From: Heterodontus francisci
Lineage: Eukaryota
Assembly: GCF_036365525.1 (NCBI RefSeq)
Contig: NW_027141701.1
Location: forward strand, 62,001 to 126,000
DNA length: 64,000 nucleotides
Reading direction: 5' to 3'
In this document: piece after piece, positions 24,129 to 36,600 of the stretch
Layout: each line of letters starts with the position of its first letter
How positions within the stretch are numbered: the first letter of the stretch is position 1
Notes under the pieces: generated by a model
The model's database searches: none
Told to the model about the DNA's origin: nothing
The model's input: the letters and a program-made list of their open reading frames with translations, nothing else
Position numbers and translations under genes: made by a program

Positions 24129-25493
24129 TCCTGACTCTCTGGTGATCTTAACACAAGATGAAAAAGGGGAGGTGGTGGGAAGGTGTCTCGAGAGCCTTGT
24201 TCATCTCCCCCTGCATGGTCTGAATGCTTTGGCTAGTGGCCAGAATGTCAATCAGTTCTCTTAAAAAACAACGTAGGCAAGGACACAAATCTCCAAGGGA
24301 AAGCTATCAATTTATAATTCTTAACTACACTTTCCTAACTCTTACTGGAAAATTCTGGACTTCCTGGAAATTATGCACATTAATTTGACAGTTTGAATTC
24401 TGATTCTGCCATTTTTTTGTCCCTGACATTCCTTTATTAGCTCTCGCACCAGCCAGATTTTTATTTCGAATTCTCATTAATTATAATTCTCTTTTATTTC
24501 TGAGCCCTGGAGAACCTCGACAGTCCATTACCCACCTGTCTTTAAAACAGGCATCAGACAGACCCTTAATCACTATCTCACTGTCGTGGTAGCCCTCACC
24601 TACACAACACCTTACCCAGTAACAGTTTACCAGCAGGCATAAGTGTAGTTTATTTTTTGAAAATTAAAATTTTGTTTATCCCAATTTGTTTTATCAATTC
24701 CTATTTTAGAAATAATTATCCCCAGGCTTGGTGGTTTTAAATGGTGCTTTTATGTCAGACAAAAGTGCTTGCATGTGTTTAGAGGCGACCTTCACATTTC
24801 TTGTTCATTCTATGATTTCTTGCTGTTCTTGCTGTACCAGCATCACCTCTTTAACAAAAACAGAGAATCCATTTGGTTCTGGTTAGGATCCCAATGGGTT
24901 ATGATGTCGAATCATATTTGTTAATTTATCAACTTAAAATTTCATAATGCCCATATACTGCATATAAATCTTCAATGAACTAAAGGTTGTGCAGTGAGCT
25001 AAGCTGCTGGCGGAGGGGGTTAACTCTCTGCTGCTTTGAACAAAAACTCGCAGATGGACCCTTGATGTTATCATCACCCTCCTTTCAAAAAAAAAGAAAA
25101 TAACAAAGGCATTGCCATGTGCTTTGGCTAGTTTGAACTGGGTTTTTTTTCACAAAGTAAATACCTGAATTTTTCCTATGAGACTGTTCTTTTATTTCAA
25201 ACTCTTGTGATATCTTTTCTTTCCCCCTAAAACTTGCTCAGATTTCAGAACGTTATGCTCACTTTATTTGCTCCAACATTCCAAGCCCTCTCTTTTTTTA
25301 AATCTAGAAACAAATGCATTTGATGATTAGACAAACCAATTCAACCTGTTTTCTTCTGAACAAAGGCTTTTTAAACTTTTACTGAATTCCTTTTCACAAC
25401 TATTTCAGAGCAAGAACTCCAATGATTCCCAAAAAGAAACTTTTAACTTTTGTGAAAATGTCTCTAACCCAAGAACAACTCGACATTCATTAT

Positions 25494-25624
25494 CTGATGA
25501 AAGGTCACTGACCTGAAACCATGAACTCTGCTTCTCTCTCCATAGATGCTGCCAGACCTGCTGAGTATTTCCAGCACGTTCTGTTTTTATTTCAGATTTC
25601 CAGCATCCGCAGTATTTTGCTTTT
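25494..25624 (+). ncRNA. Penelope-terminal fragment with minimal hammerhead ribozyme core
   Basis: CTGATGA (25494-25500), stem II aggtc/act/gacct, GAAA (25515-25518), followed by 'gatgctgccagacctgctgagtatttccagc'. Confidence 0.6.
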
Positions 25625-26817
25625 ATTTATTATTAATCATAAACGCTTCAAACAACCCAAAATGCAATTTACACTGTCTAACATTAAAACCATCCCATTC
25701 TAACATGTGTGGATTTGTATCGGAATAAAATTCTCACGTTTTAATCATCATAACTAGAATGTCACTGTGAGCACCAATGAATTTCACAACTTAAAATGGT
25801 TTACTTTATTAATTCCCCATCCCTTTAGACTGCTTATAATTCTCATATTTAACACAAAGTGCCAAATCTATCGCAGATTGCGAGTTCTATGGATAATTAA
25901 AAAATAATTATTACAAATGCACACACACATGAAACAGACAATTTAAAACAAGTTGCACTCCAGACCAGAAAGGGTTAAACAGCTTTCAGTTCACTGCAGT
26001 GACGAGGACACACAAAAAACATTCAAACAAAAGAATCGCGCACAAACCCAAACTGAGAAAAGGTCTTTCATTCAGAAATTCGGAAGCTTCCTCTCACATA
26101 CACTGCAGCCACTCTGGGTCTTTTCAACTTTAATAACTTGAACCTACTTATCAACTAAACACAGAACAGAATAAACACATACTTTTCCTTTAAAAGGGAA
26201 AAGAAGAAAATAAATTACATCACTTGTCTTCTTTCTTCAGGTACCTTTTATAAATGCTGCAATAACTAAAGATTTAATTCCACAAACCAAAAGGAAGCAT
26301 TCAACATTAATAGCCCAAAAAGAAAATCACCCAGCAAACCTTTTGCAGCCTGTTAAGCAGGGCTTTCAGTCACAGGGAGATTCTTAAAGGGACAGAACAC
26401 GACAACTTCACATCTTCCGTTCTCCTTCATTTCAACAGAACTTATCCTTTTCTTGTTTAACCCAACATTGATACAAATGTATGCAGTACACACATTAAAC
26501 AAGCAATAACTTGAAAACAGCATGCAAAACTGGACTAAAGAGGGTTAATTAATCTACATTTCAGTGATACAGGACACTGAGCACACACACATACAGAATC
26601 ACACAGACAGGAGTTACTCTTGGTTTAAATGTCTCGACACAGGAGCTGAGCTGGATAGCTGAGCAGTGACAGTTTCAACTTGAACTTCTTATCACGACCA
26701 ATCCGGTCGCTCACACACCGTCCTAACCTTTACGGTGGGCTATCATCATTTCTTTTCCTTTTATCCATTCTTCCTCATGGGCAATCTATTTCAAGTTCCA
26801 AAATTCTCAATTCACAC

Positions 26818-27614
26818 TAAGTCCCCATTTCAACAGTGCCTATCTCATGGACCCAGGCTTGGAAATCACTTGGGCTCAGGGGCTGGGATCGGGAGTTAGT
26901 TCCTGTCTGCTGTCCCGCTTGATTTAAAATCTTCAAAACCACATTAACAGGAAGATTAGGGGGAGGAGATCCCACAGGTCTTCACCCAAGTGGTCCTTGG
27001 AGATTTTCTCCCTGAATGAACCCCACTCTACCTCTGAGGAATCAGCATATTCTGGATCATATAGGGGCTCTGTGTTGTGTTGTGTTTCTTTATAGGGTGA
27101 CAGCAGACACATGTGCTCGCTGTTTCCCCAACTTACTCTCTAACTTCCTGATTTTAAGATGGCACTGTCAGTGATCTGTCTCCCAGTGGGTCTGCTGAAG
27201 GGCTTCCCTCAGAGCACCACGTGAGTCTTCGAACTGCTGGCTGAGTTTTTTTATTCTCGCTTAGTATTTTCAAGGGACTGCATAGCACTCTCTGCCTGTA
27301 CAGCAGTCACACTCTGCTGCTGCATTACTGCTGATGTACTCACCAGCTGTTGCTGTAATGTATCAATCTGACCCCTTTGGTCCTGGACTAATTTGTCCTT
27401 TTTCTGGACTAACTGGTCATCAGTCTGTGCGCGATATGATGCCACGTAAGAGATAAGCTTGAAGGCTCGATCTACATTCAACTTCCTTTCATTAACCTGT
27501 TCCTGAATAAACTTAACTATATCCTCATTCTGCAAGCAGGACCTGTAAGACCTTTATTTTAACATTCTTATCCAGCTTGGCTTGAAAAGACTTCAACACG
27601 GGTTTGTCGGTCAT
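26818..27614 (-). pseudogene. gag: ERV-A gag remnant (coiled-coil N-terminus plus start of capsid)
   Basis: ATG at 27614; Q/E-rich heptad ORF 27251..27535 continuing after a frameshift as 'QQFEDSRGALREALQQTHWETDH*QCHLKIRKLESKL'; capsid-like 'PVNVVLKILNQAGQQ...QPLSPSDFQAWVHEIG' at about 26835-26955. Confidence 0.55.
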
Positions 27615-27654
27615 GCTTATACTTTTGAAAGACAACAGCTACTGGCAATCAATA

Positions 27655-30600
27655 CAATGATCTCTCCCTCCGATTGCTCCCTCCAATCTCTCCTTTGAAT
27701 TTCACCCCTATCCTCCCTCTGATCTCTCCCTCCAATCTCACTCCAACCTCCCTCCAATCTCTCCCTCCAGTCTCCCCTAAACCTCCTTCGAATCTCTCCC
27801 TCCAGTCTCCCTCTAATCTCTCCCTTCGATCTGTCCCTGACCCCTTCCAAACTCTTCTTTGGATCACTCCCTGACCTGCCTCCCATCTCTCTCTCTGATC
27901 TCTCTGTGACCAGACCCTCCAATCTCTCCCTCTGATCTCTCTGTGACCAGACCCTCCAATCTCTCCCTCTGACCTCTCTGTGACCACACCCTCCAATCTC
28001 TCCCTCTGATTTCTCTATGACCACACCCTCCAATCTTTCCCTCTGATCTCTCTGTGACCAGACCCTCCAATCTCTCCCTCTGATCTCTCTGTGACCACAC
28101 CCTCCAATCTCTCCCTCTGATCTCTCTGTGACCACACCCTCCAATCTCTCTCTCTGATCTCTCTGTGACTACACCCTCCAATCTTTCCCTCTGATCTCTC
28201 TGTGACTACACCCTCCAATCTCTCCCTCTGATCTCTCTGTGACCACACCCTCCAATCTCTCCCTCTGATCTCTCTGTGACCACACCCTCCAATCTCTCCC
28301 TCTGATCTCTCTGTGACCACACCCTCCAATCTCTCCCTCTGATCTCTCTGTGACCACACCCTCCAATCTCTCCCTCTGATCTCTCTGTGACCACACCCAC
28401 CAATCTCTCTCTCTCATCTCTCTGTGACCACACCCTCCAATCTCTCCCTCTGATCTCTCTGTGACTACACCCTCCAATCTCTCTCTCTGACCTCTCTGTG
28501 ACCACACCCTCCAATCTCTCCCTCTGATCTCTCTGTGACCACACCCTCCAATCTCTCTCTCTGATCTCTCTGTGACCACTCCCTCCAATCTCTCCCTCTG
28601 ATCTCTCTGTGACCACACCCACCAATCTCTCTCTCTCATCTCTCTGTGACCACACCCTCCAATCTCTCCCTCTGATCTCTCTGTGACTACACCCTCCAAT
28701 CTCTCCCTCTGATCTCTCTGTGACCACACCCTCCCATCTCTCACTCTGATCTGTCTGTGACCAGACCCTCCAATCTCTCCCTCTGATCTCTCTGTGACCA
28801 CACCCTCCAATCTCTCCCTCTGATCTCTCTGTGACCACACCCTCCAATCTCTCCCTCTGAACTCTCTGTGACCACACCCACCAATCTCTCTCTCTCATCT
28901 CTCTGTGACCACACCCTCCCATCTCTCTCTCTGATTTCTCTGTGACCAGACCCTCCAATCTCTCCCTCTGATCTCTCTGTGACCAGACCCTCCAATCTTT
29001 CCCTCTGATCTCTCTGTGACCAGACCCTCCAATCTCTCCCTCTGATCTCTCTGTGACCACAGCCTCCAATCTCTCCCTCTGATCTCTCTGTGACCACACC
29101 CTCCAATCTCTCCCTCTGATCTCTCTGTGACCACACCCTCCAATCTCTCCCTCTGATCTCTCTGTGACCACAACCTCCAATCTCTCCCTCTGAGCTATCT
29201 GTGACCACACCCTCCAATCTCTCCCTCTGATCTCTCTGTGACCACACCCTCCAATCTCTCCCTCTGATCTCTCTGTGACATCCCACCAATCTCTCCCTCC
29301 GACCTCTCTGTGACCACACCCACCAATCTCTCCCTCTGATCTCTCTGTGACCACACCCACCAATCTCTCCCTCTGATCTCTCTGTGACCACACCCTCCAA
29401 TCTCTCTCTCTGACCTCTCTGTGACCACACCCTCCAATGTCTCCCTCTGATCTCTCTGTGACCACACCCTCCAATCTCTCTGATCTCTCTGTGACCACAC
29501 CCTCCAATCTCTCCCTCTGAGCTCTCTGTGCCACACCCTCCAATCTTTCCCTCTGATCTCTCTGTGACCACACCCTCCAATCTCTCCCTCTGATCTCTCT
29601 GTGACCACAGCCTCCAATCTCTCCCTCTGATCTCTCTGTGACCACAGCCTCCAATCTCTCCCTCTGATCTCTCTGTGACATCCCACCAATCTCTCCCTCT
29701 GACCTCTCTGTGACCACACCCTCCAATCTCTCCCTCTGATCTCTCTGTGACCACACCCTCCAATCTCTCCCTCTGAGCTCTCTGTGCCACACCCCCCAAT
29801 CCTTCCCTCTGATCTCTCTGTGACCACACCCTCCAATCTCTCTCTCTGATCTCTCTGTGACCACACCCTCCAATCTCTCACTCTGACCTCTCTGTGACCA
29901 CACCCTCCAAGCACTCTCTCAGATCTCTCTGTGACCACACCCTCCAATCTCTCTCTGATCTCTCTGTGACCACACCCTCCAATCTCTCACTCTGATCTCT
30001 CTGTGACCACACCCTCCAATCACTCTCTCAGATCTCTCTGTGACCACACCCTCCAATCTCTCACTCTGATCTCTCTGTGACCACACCCTCCAATCTCTCT
30101 CTCTGATCTCTCTGTGCCACACCCTCCAATCTCTCTCTCTGATCTCTCTGTGCCACACCCTCCAATCTCTTCCTCTGATCTCTCTGTGACTACACCCTCC
30201 AATCTTTCCCTCTGATCTCTCTGTGACCACACACTCCAATCTCTCCCTCTGATCTCTCTGTGACCACACCCACCAATCTCTCCCTCTGATCTCTCTGTGA
30301 CCACACCCTCCAATCTCTCCCTCTGATCTCTCTGTGACCACACCCTCCAATCTCTCTCTCTGATCTCTATGTGACCACACCCTCCAATCACTCTCTCTGA
30401 TCTCTCTGTGACCACACCCTCCAATCTTTCCCTCTGATCTCTCTGTGACCACACCCACCAATCACTCTCTCTGATCTCTCTGTGACCACACCCTCCAATC
30501 TCTCCCTCTGAGCTCTCTGTGACCACACTCTCCAATCTCTCCCTCTGAGCTCTCTGTGACCACACTCTCCAATCTCTCCCTCTGATCTCTCAGTGACCAC

Positions 30601-33600
30601 ACCCTCCAATCTCTCCCTCTGAGCTCTCTGTGACCACACTCTCCAATCTCTCCCTCTGATCTCTCAGTGACCACACCCACCAATCTCTCCCTCTGATCTC
30701 TCAGTGACCACACCCACCAATCTCTCCCTCTGATCTCTCGGTGACCACACCCTGCAATCACTCTCTCTGATCTCTCTGTGACCACACCCTCCAATCCCTC
30801 CCTCTGATCTCTCAGTGACCACACCCACCAATCTCTCCCTCTGATCTCTCGGTGACCACACTCTCCAATCTCTCTCTCTGATCTCTCTGTGACCACACAC
30901 TCCAATCTTTCCCTCTGATCTCTCTGTGACCACACTCTCCAATCTCTCCCTCTGAGCTCTCTGTGACCACACTCTCCAATCTCTCCCTCTGATCTCTCAG
31001 TGACCACACCCTCCAATCTCTCCCTCTGAGCTCTCTGTGACCACACTCTCCAATCTCTCCCTCTGATCTCTCAGTGACCACACCCACCAATCTCTCCCTC
31101 TGATCTCTCAGTGACCACACCCACCAATCTCTCCCTCTGATCTCTCGGTGACCACACCCTGCAATCACTCTCTCTGATCTCTCTGTGACCACACCCTCCA
31201 ATCCCTCCCTCTGATCTCTCAGTGACCACACCCACCAATCTCTCCCTCTGATCTCTCGGTGACCACACTCTCCAATCTCTCTCTCTGATCTCTCTGTGAC
31301 CACACACTCCAATCTTTCCCTCTGATCTCTCTGTGACCACACCCTCCAATCTCTCTCTCTGATCTCTCTGTGACCACACCCTCCAATCTCTCCCTCTGAT
31401 CTCTCTGTGACATCCCACCAATCTCTCCCTCTGACCTCTCTGTGACCACACACTCCAATCTTTCCCTCTGATCTCTCTGTGACCACACCCTCCAATCTCT
31501 CCCTCTGATCTCTCTGTGAACACACCCTCCAATCTCTCCCTCTGATCTCTCTGTGAACACACCCTCCAATCTCTCCCTCTGATCTCTCTGTGACCACACC
31601 CTCCAATCTCTCTCTCTGATCTCTCTGTGACCACACCCTCCAATCTCTCCCTCTGATCTCTCTGTGACCACACCCACCAATCTCTCTCTCTCATCTCTCT
31701 GTGACCACACCCTCCAATCTCTCCCTCTGATCTCTCTGTGACCAGACCCTCCAATCTCTCCCTCTGATCTCTCTGTGACCACACCCTCCAATCTCTCCCT
31801 CTGATCTCTCTGTGACCACACCCTCCCATCTCTCTCTCTGATCTGTCTGTGACCAGATCCTCCAATCTCTCCCTCTGATCTCTCTGTGACCACACCCACC
31901 AATCTCTCCCTCTGATCTCTCTGTGACCACACCCACCAATCTCTCTCTCTCATCTCTCTGTGACCACACCCTCCCATCTCTCTCTCTGATCTCTCTGTGA
32001 CCACACCCTCCAATCTCTCCCTCTGATCTCTCTGTGACCACACCCACCAATCACTCTCTCTGATATCTCTGTGACCACACCCTCCCATCTCTCTCTCTGA
32101 TTTCTCTGTGACCAGACCCTCCAATCTCTCCCTCTGATCTCTCTGTGACCAGACCCTCCAATCTTTCCCTCTGATCTCTCTGTGACCAGACCCTCCAATC
32201 TCTCCCTCTGATCTCTCTGTGACCACAGCCTCCAATCTCTCCCTCTGATCTCTCTGTGACCACACCCTCCAATCTCTCCCTCTGAGCACTCTGTGACCAC
32301 ACTCTCCAATCTCTCCCTCTGATCTCTCTGTGACCACAACCTCCAATCTCTCTGATCTCTCTGTGACCACACCCTCCAATCTCTCGCTCTGAGCTCTCTG
32401 TGCCACACCCTCCACTCTTTCCCTCTGATCTCTCTGTGACCACACCCTCCAATCTCTCCCTCTGATCTCTCTGTGAACACAGCCTCCAATCTCTCCCTCT
32501 GATCTCTCTGTGACCACAGCCTCCAATCTCTCCCTCTGATCTCTCTGTGACATCCCACCAATCTCTCCCTCTGACCTCTCTGTGACCACACCCTCCAATC
32601 TCTCCCTCTGTTCTCTCTGTGACCACACCCTCCAATCTCTCCCTCTGAGCTCTCTGTGCCACAACTTCCAATCTTTCCCTCTGATCTCTCTGTGACATCC
32701 CACCAATCTCTCCCTCTGACCTCTCTGTGACCACACCCTCCAATCTCTCCTTCTGATCTCTCTGTGACCACACCCTCCAATCTCTCCCTCTGATCTCTCT
32801 GTGACCACAACCTCCAATCTCTCCCTCTGAGCTCTCTGTGACCACTCCCTCCAATCTCTCCCTCTGATCTCTCTGTGACCACACCCTCCAATCTCTCCCT
32901 CTGATCTCTCTGTGACATCCCACCAATCTCTCCCTCTGACCTCTCTGTGACCACACCCTCCAATCTCTCCCTCTGATCTCTCTGTGACCACACCCTCCAA
33001 TCTCTCCCTCTGACCTCTCTGTGACCACACCCTCCAATCTCTCCCTCTGATCTCTCTGTGACCACACCCTCCAATCTCTCCCTCTGATCTCTCTGTGACC
33101 ACACCCACCAATCTCTCCCTCTGATCTCTCTGTGACCACATCCTCCAATCTCTCTCTCTCTGATCTCTCTGTGACCACACCCACCAATCTTTCCCTCTGA
33201 TCTCTCTGTGACCACACCCTCCAATCTCTCCCTCTGATCTCTCTGTGACCACACCCTCCAATCTCTCCCTCTGATCTCTCTGTGACCACACCCACCAATC
33301 ACTCTCTCTGATATCTCTGTGACCACACCCACCAATCTCTCTCTCTCATCTCTCTGTGACCACACCCTCCCATCTCTCTCTCTGATTTCTCTGTGACCAC
33401 ACCCGCCAATCTTTCCCTCTGATCTCTCTGTGACCACACCCTCCAATCTCTCTCTCTGATCTCTCTGTGACCACACCCTCCAATCTTTCCCTCTGATATC
33501 TCTGTGACCACACCCTCCAATCTCTCCCTCTGATCTCTCTGTGACCACACCCTCCAATCTCTCCCTCTGATCTCTCTGTGACCACACCCACCAATCACTC

Positions 33601-36600
33601 TCTCTGATATCTCTGTGACCACACCCACCAATCTCTCTCTCTCATCTCTCTCTGACCACACCCTCCAATCTCTCTCTCTGATCTCTCTGTGACCACACCC
33701 GCCAATCTCTCCCTCTGAGCTCTCTGTACCACACCCTCCAATCTCTCTCTCTGATCTCTCTGTGACCACAGCCTCCAATCTCTCCCTCTGATCTCTCTGT
33801 GACCACACCCTCCAATCTCGCCCTCTGATCTCTCTGTGACCACACCCACCAATCTCTCCCTCTGATCTCTCTGTGACCACACCCTCCAATCTCTCCCTCT
33901 GATCTCTCTGTGACCACACCCACCAATCACTCTCTCTGATATCTCTGTGACCACACCCACCAATCTCTCTCTCTCATCTCTCTGTGACCACACCCTCCCA
34001 TCTCTCTCTCTGATTTCTCTGTGACCAGACCCTCCAATCTCTCCGTCTGATCTCTCTGTGACCAGACCCTCCAATCTTTCCCTCTGATCTCTCTGTGACC
34101 AGACCCTGCAATCTCTCCCTCTGATCTCTCTGTGACCACAGCCTCCAATCTCTCCCTCTGATCTCTCTGTGACCACACCCTCCAATCTCTCCCTCTGAGC
34201 ACTCTGTGACCACACCCTCCAATCTCTCCCTCTGATCTCTCTGTGACCACAACCTCCAATCTCTCTGATCTCTCTGTGACCACACCCTCCAATCTCTCGC
34301 TCTGAGCTCTCTGTGCCACACCCTCCACTCTTTCCCTCTGATCTCTCTGTGACCACACCCTCCAATCTCTCCCTCTGATCTCTCTGTGACCACAGCCTCC
34401 AATCTCTCCCTCTGATCTCTCTGTGACCACAGCCTCCAATCTCTCCCTCTGATCTCTCTGTGACATCCCACCAATCTCTCCCTCTGACCTCTCTGTGACC
34501 ACACCCTCCAATCTCTCCCTCTGATCTCTCTGTGACCACACCCTCCAATCTCTCCCTCTGAGCTCTCTGTGCCACACCCCCCAATCTTTCCCTCTGATCT
34601 CTCTGTGACATCCCACCAATCTCTCCCTCTGACCTCTCTGTGACCACACCCTCCAATCTCTCCCTCTGATCTCTCTGTGACCACACCCTCCAATCTCTCC
34701 CTCTGATCTCTGTGTGACCACAACCTCCAATCTCTCCCTCTGAGCTCTCTGTGACCACACCCTCCAATCTCTCCCTCTGATCTCTCTGTGACCACAGCCT
34801 CCAATCTCTCCCTCTGATCTCTCTGTGACATCCCACCAATCTCTCCCTCTGACCTCTCTGTGACCACACCCTCCAATCTCTCCCTCTGATCTCTCTGTGA
34901 CCACACCCTCCAATCTCTCCCTCTGAGCTCTCTGTGCCACACCCCCCAATCTTTCCCTCTGATCTCTCTGTGACATCCCACCAATCTCTCCCTCTGACCT
35001 CTCTGTGACCACACCCTCCAATCTCTCCCTCTGATCTCTCTGTGACCACACCCTCCAATCTCTCCCTCTGATCTCTGTGTGACCACAACCTCCAATCTCT
35101 CCCTCTGAGCTCTCTGTGACCACACCCTCCAATCTCTCCCTCTGATCTCTCTGTGACCACACCCTCCAATCTCTCCCTCTGATCTCTCTGTGACATCCCA
35201 CCAATCTCTCCCTCTGACCTCTCTGTGACCACACCCTCCAATCTCTCCCTCTGATCTCTCTGTGACCACACCCTCCAATCTCTCCCTCTGAGCTCTCTGT
35301 GACCACACCCTACAATCTCTCCCTCTGATCTCTCTGTGACCACACCCACCAATCTCTCCCTCTGATCTCTCTGTGACCACACCCTCCAATCTCTCCCTCT
35401 GATCTCTCTGTGACCACACCCACCAATCTCTCCCTCTGATCTCTCTGTGACCACACCCACCAATCTCTCCCTCTGATCTCTCTGTGACCACACCCTCCAA
35501 TCTCTCTCTCTGACCTCTCTGTGACCACACCCTCCAATCTCTCCCTCTGATCTCTCTGTGACCACACCCTCCAATCTCTCTGATCTCTCTGTGACCACAC
35601 CCTCCAATCTCTCCCTCTGAGCTCTCTGTGCCACACCCTCCAATCTTTCCCTCTGATCTCTCTGTGACCACACCCTCCAATCTCTCCCTCTGATCTCTCT
35701 GTGACCACAGCCTCCAATCTCTCCCTCTGATCTCTCTGTGACATCCCACCAATCTCTCCCTCTGACCTCTCTGTGACCGCACCCTCCAATCTCTCCCTCT
35801 GATCTCTCTGTGACCACACCCTCCAATCTCTCCCTCTGAGCTCTCTGTGCCACACCGCCCAATCTTTCCCTCTGATCTCTCTGTAACCACACCCTCCAAT
35901 CTCTCTCTCTGATCTCTCTGTGACCACACCCTCCAATCTCTCACTTTGACCTCTCTGTGACCACACCCTCCAATCACTCTCTCAGATCTCTCTGTGTCCA
36001 CACCCTCCAATCTCTCTCTCTGATCTCTCTGTGACCACACCCTCCAATCTCTCACTCTGATCTCTCTGTGACCACACCCTCCAATCACTCTCTCAGATCT
36101 CTCTGTGACCACACCCTCCAATCTCTCTCTCTGATCTCTCTGTGACCACACCCTCCAATCTCTCTCTCTGATCTCTCTGTGACCACACCCGCCAATCTCT
36201 CCCTCTGAGCTCTCTGTACCACACCCTCCAATCTCTCTCTCTGATCTCTCTGTGACCACACCCTCCAATCTTTCCCTCTGATCTCTCTGTGACCACACCC
36301 TCCAATCTCTCCCTCTGATCTCTCTGTGACCACACCCACCAATCTCTCCCTCTGATCTCTCTGTGACCACACCCTCCAATCTCTCCCTCTGATCTCTCTG
36401 TGACCACACCCTCCAATCTCTCTCTCTGATCTCTCTGTGACCACACCCTCCAATCACTCTCTCTGATCTCTCTGTGACCACACCCTCCAATCTTTCCCTC
36501 TGATCTCTCTGTGAGCACACCCACCAATCTCTCCCTCTGATCTCTCAGTGACCACCCCCTCCAATCTCTCCCTCTGAGCTCTCTGTGACCACACCCTCCA

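Noticed and set aside
24130-26800. pol or accessory genes inside ERV-A
   Set aside because: AT-rich with frequent stops; no RT, RNase H or integrase motifs recognised.
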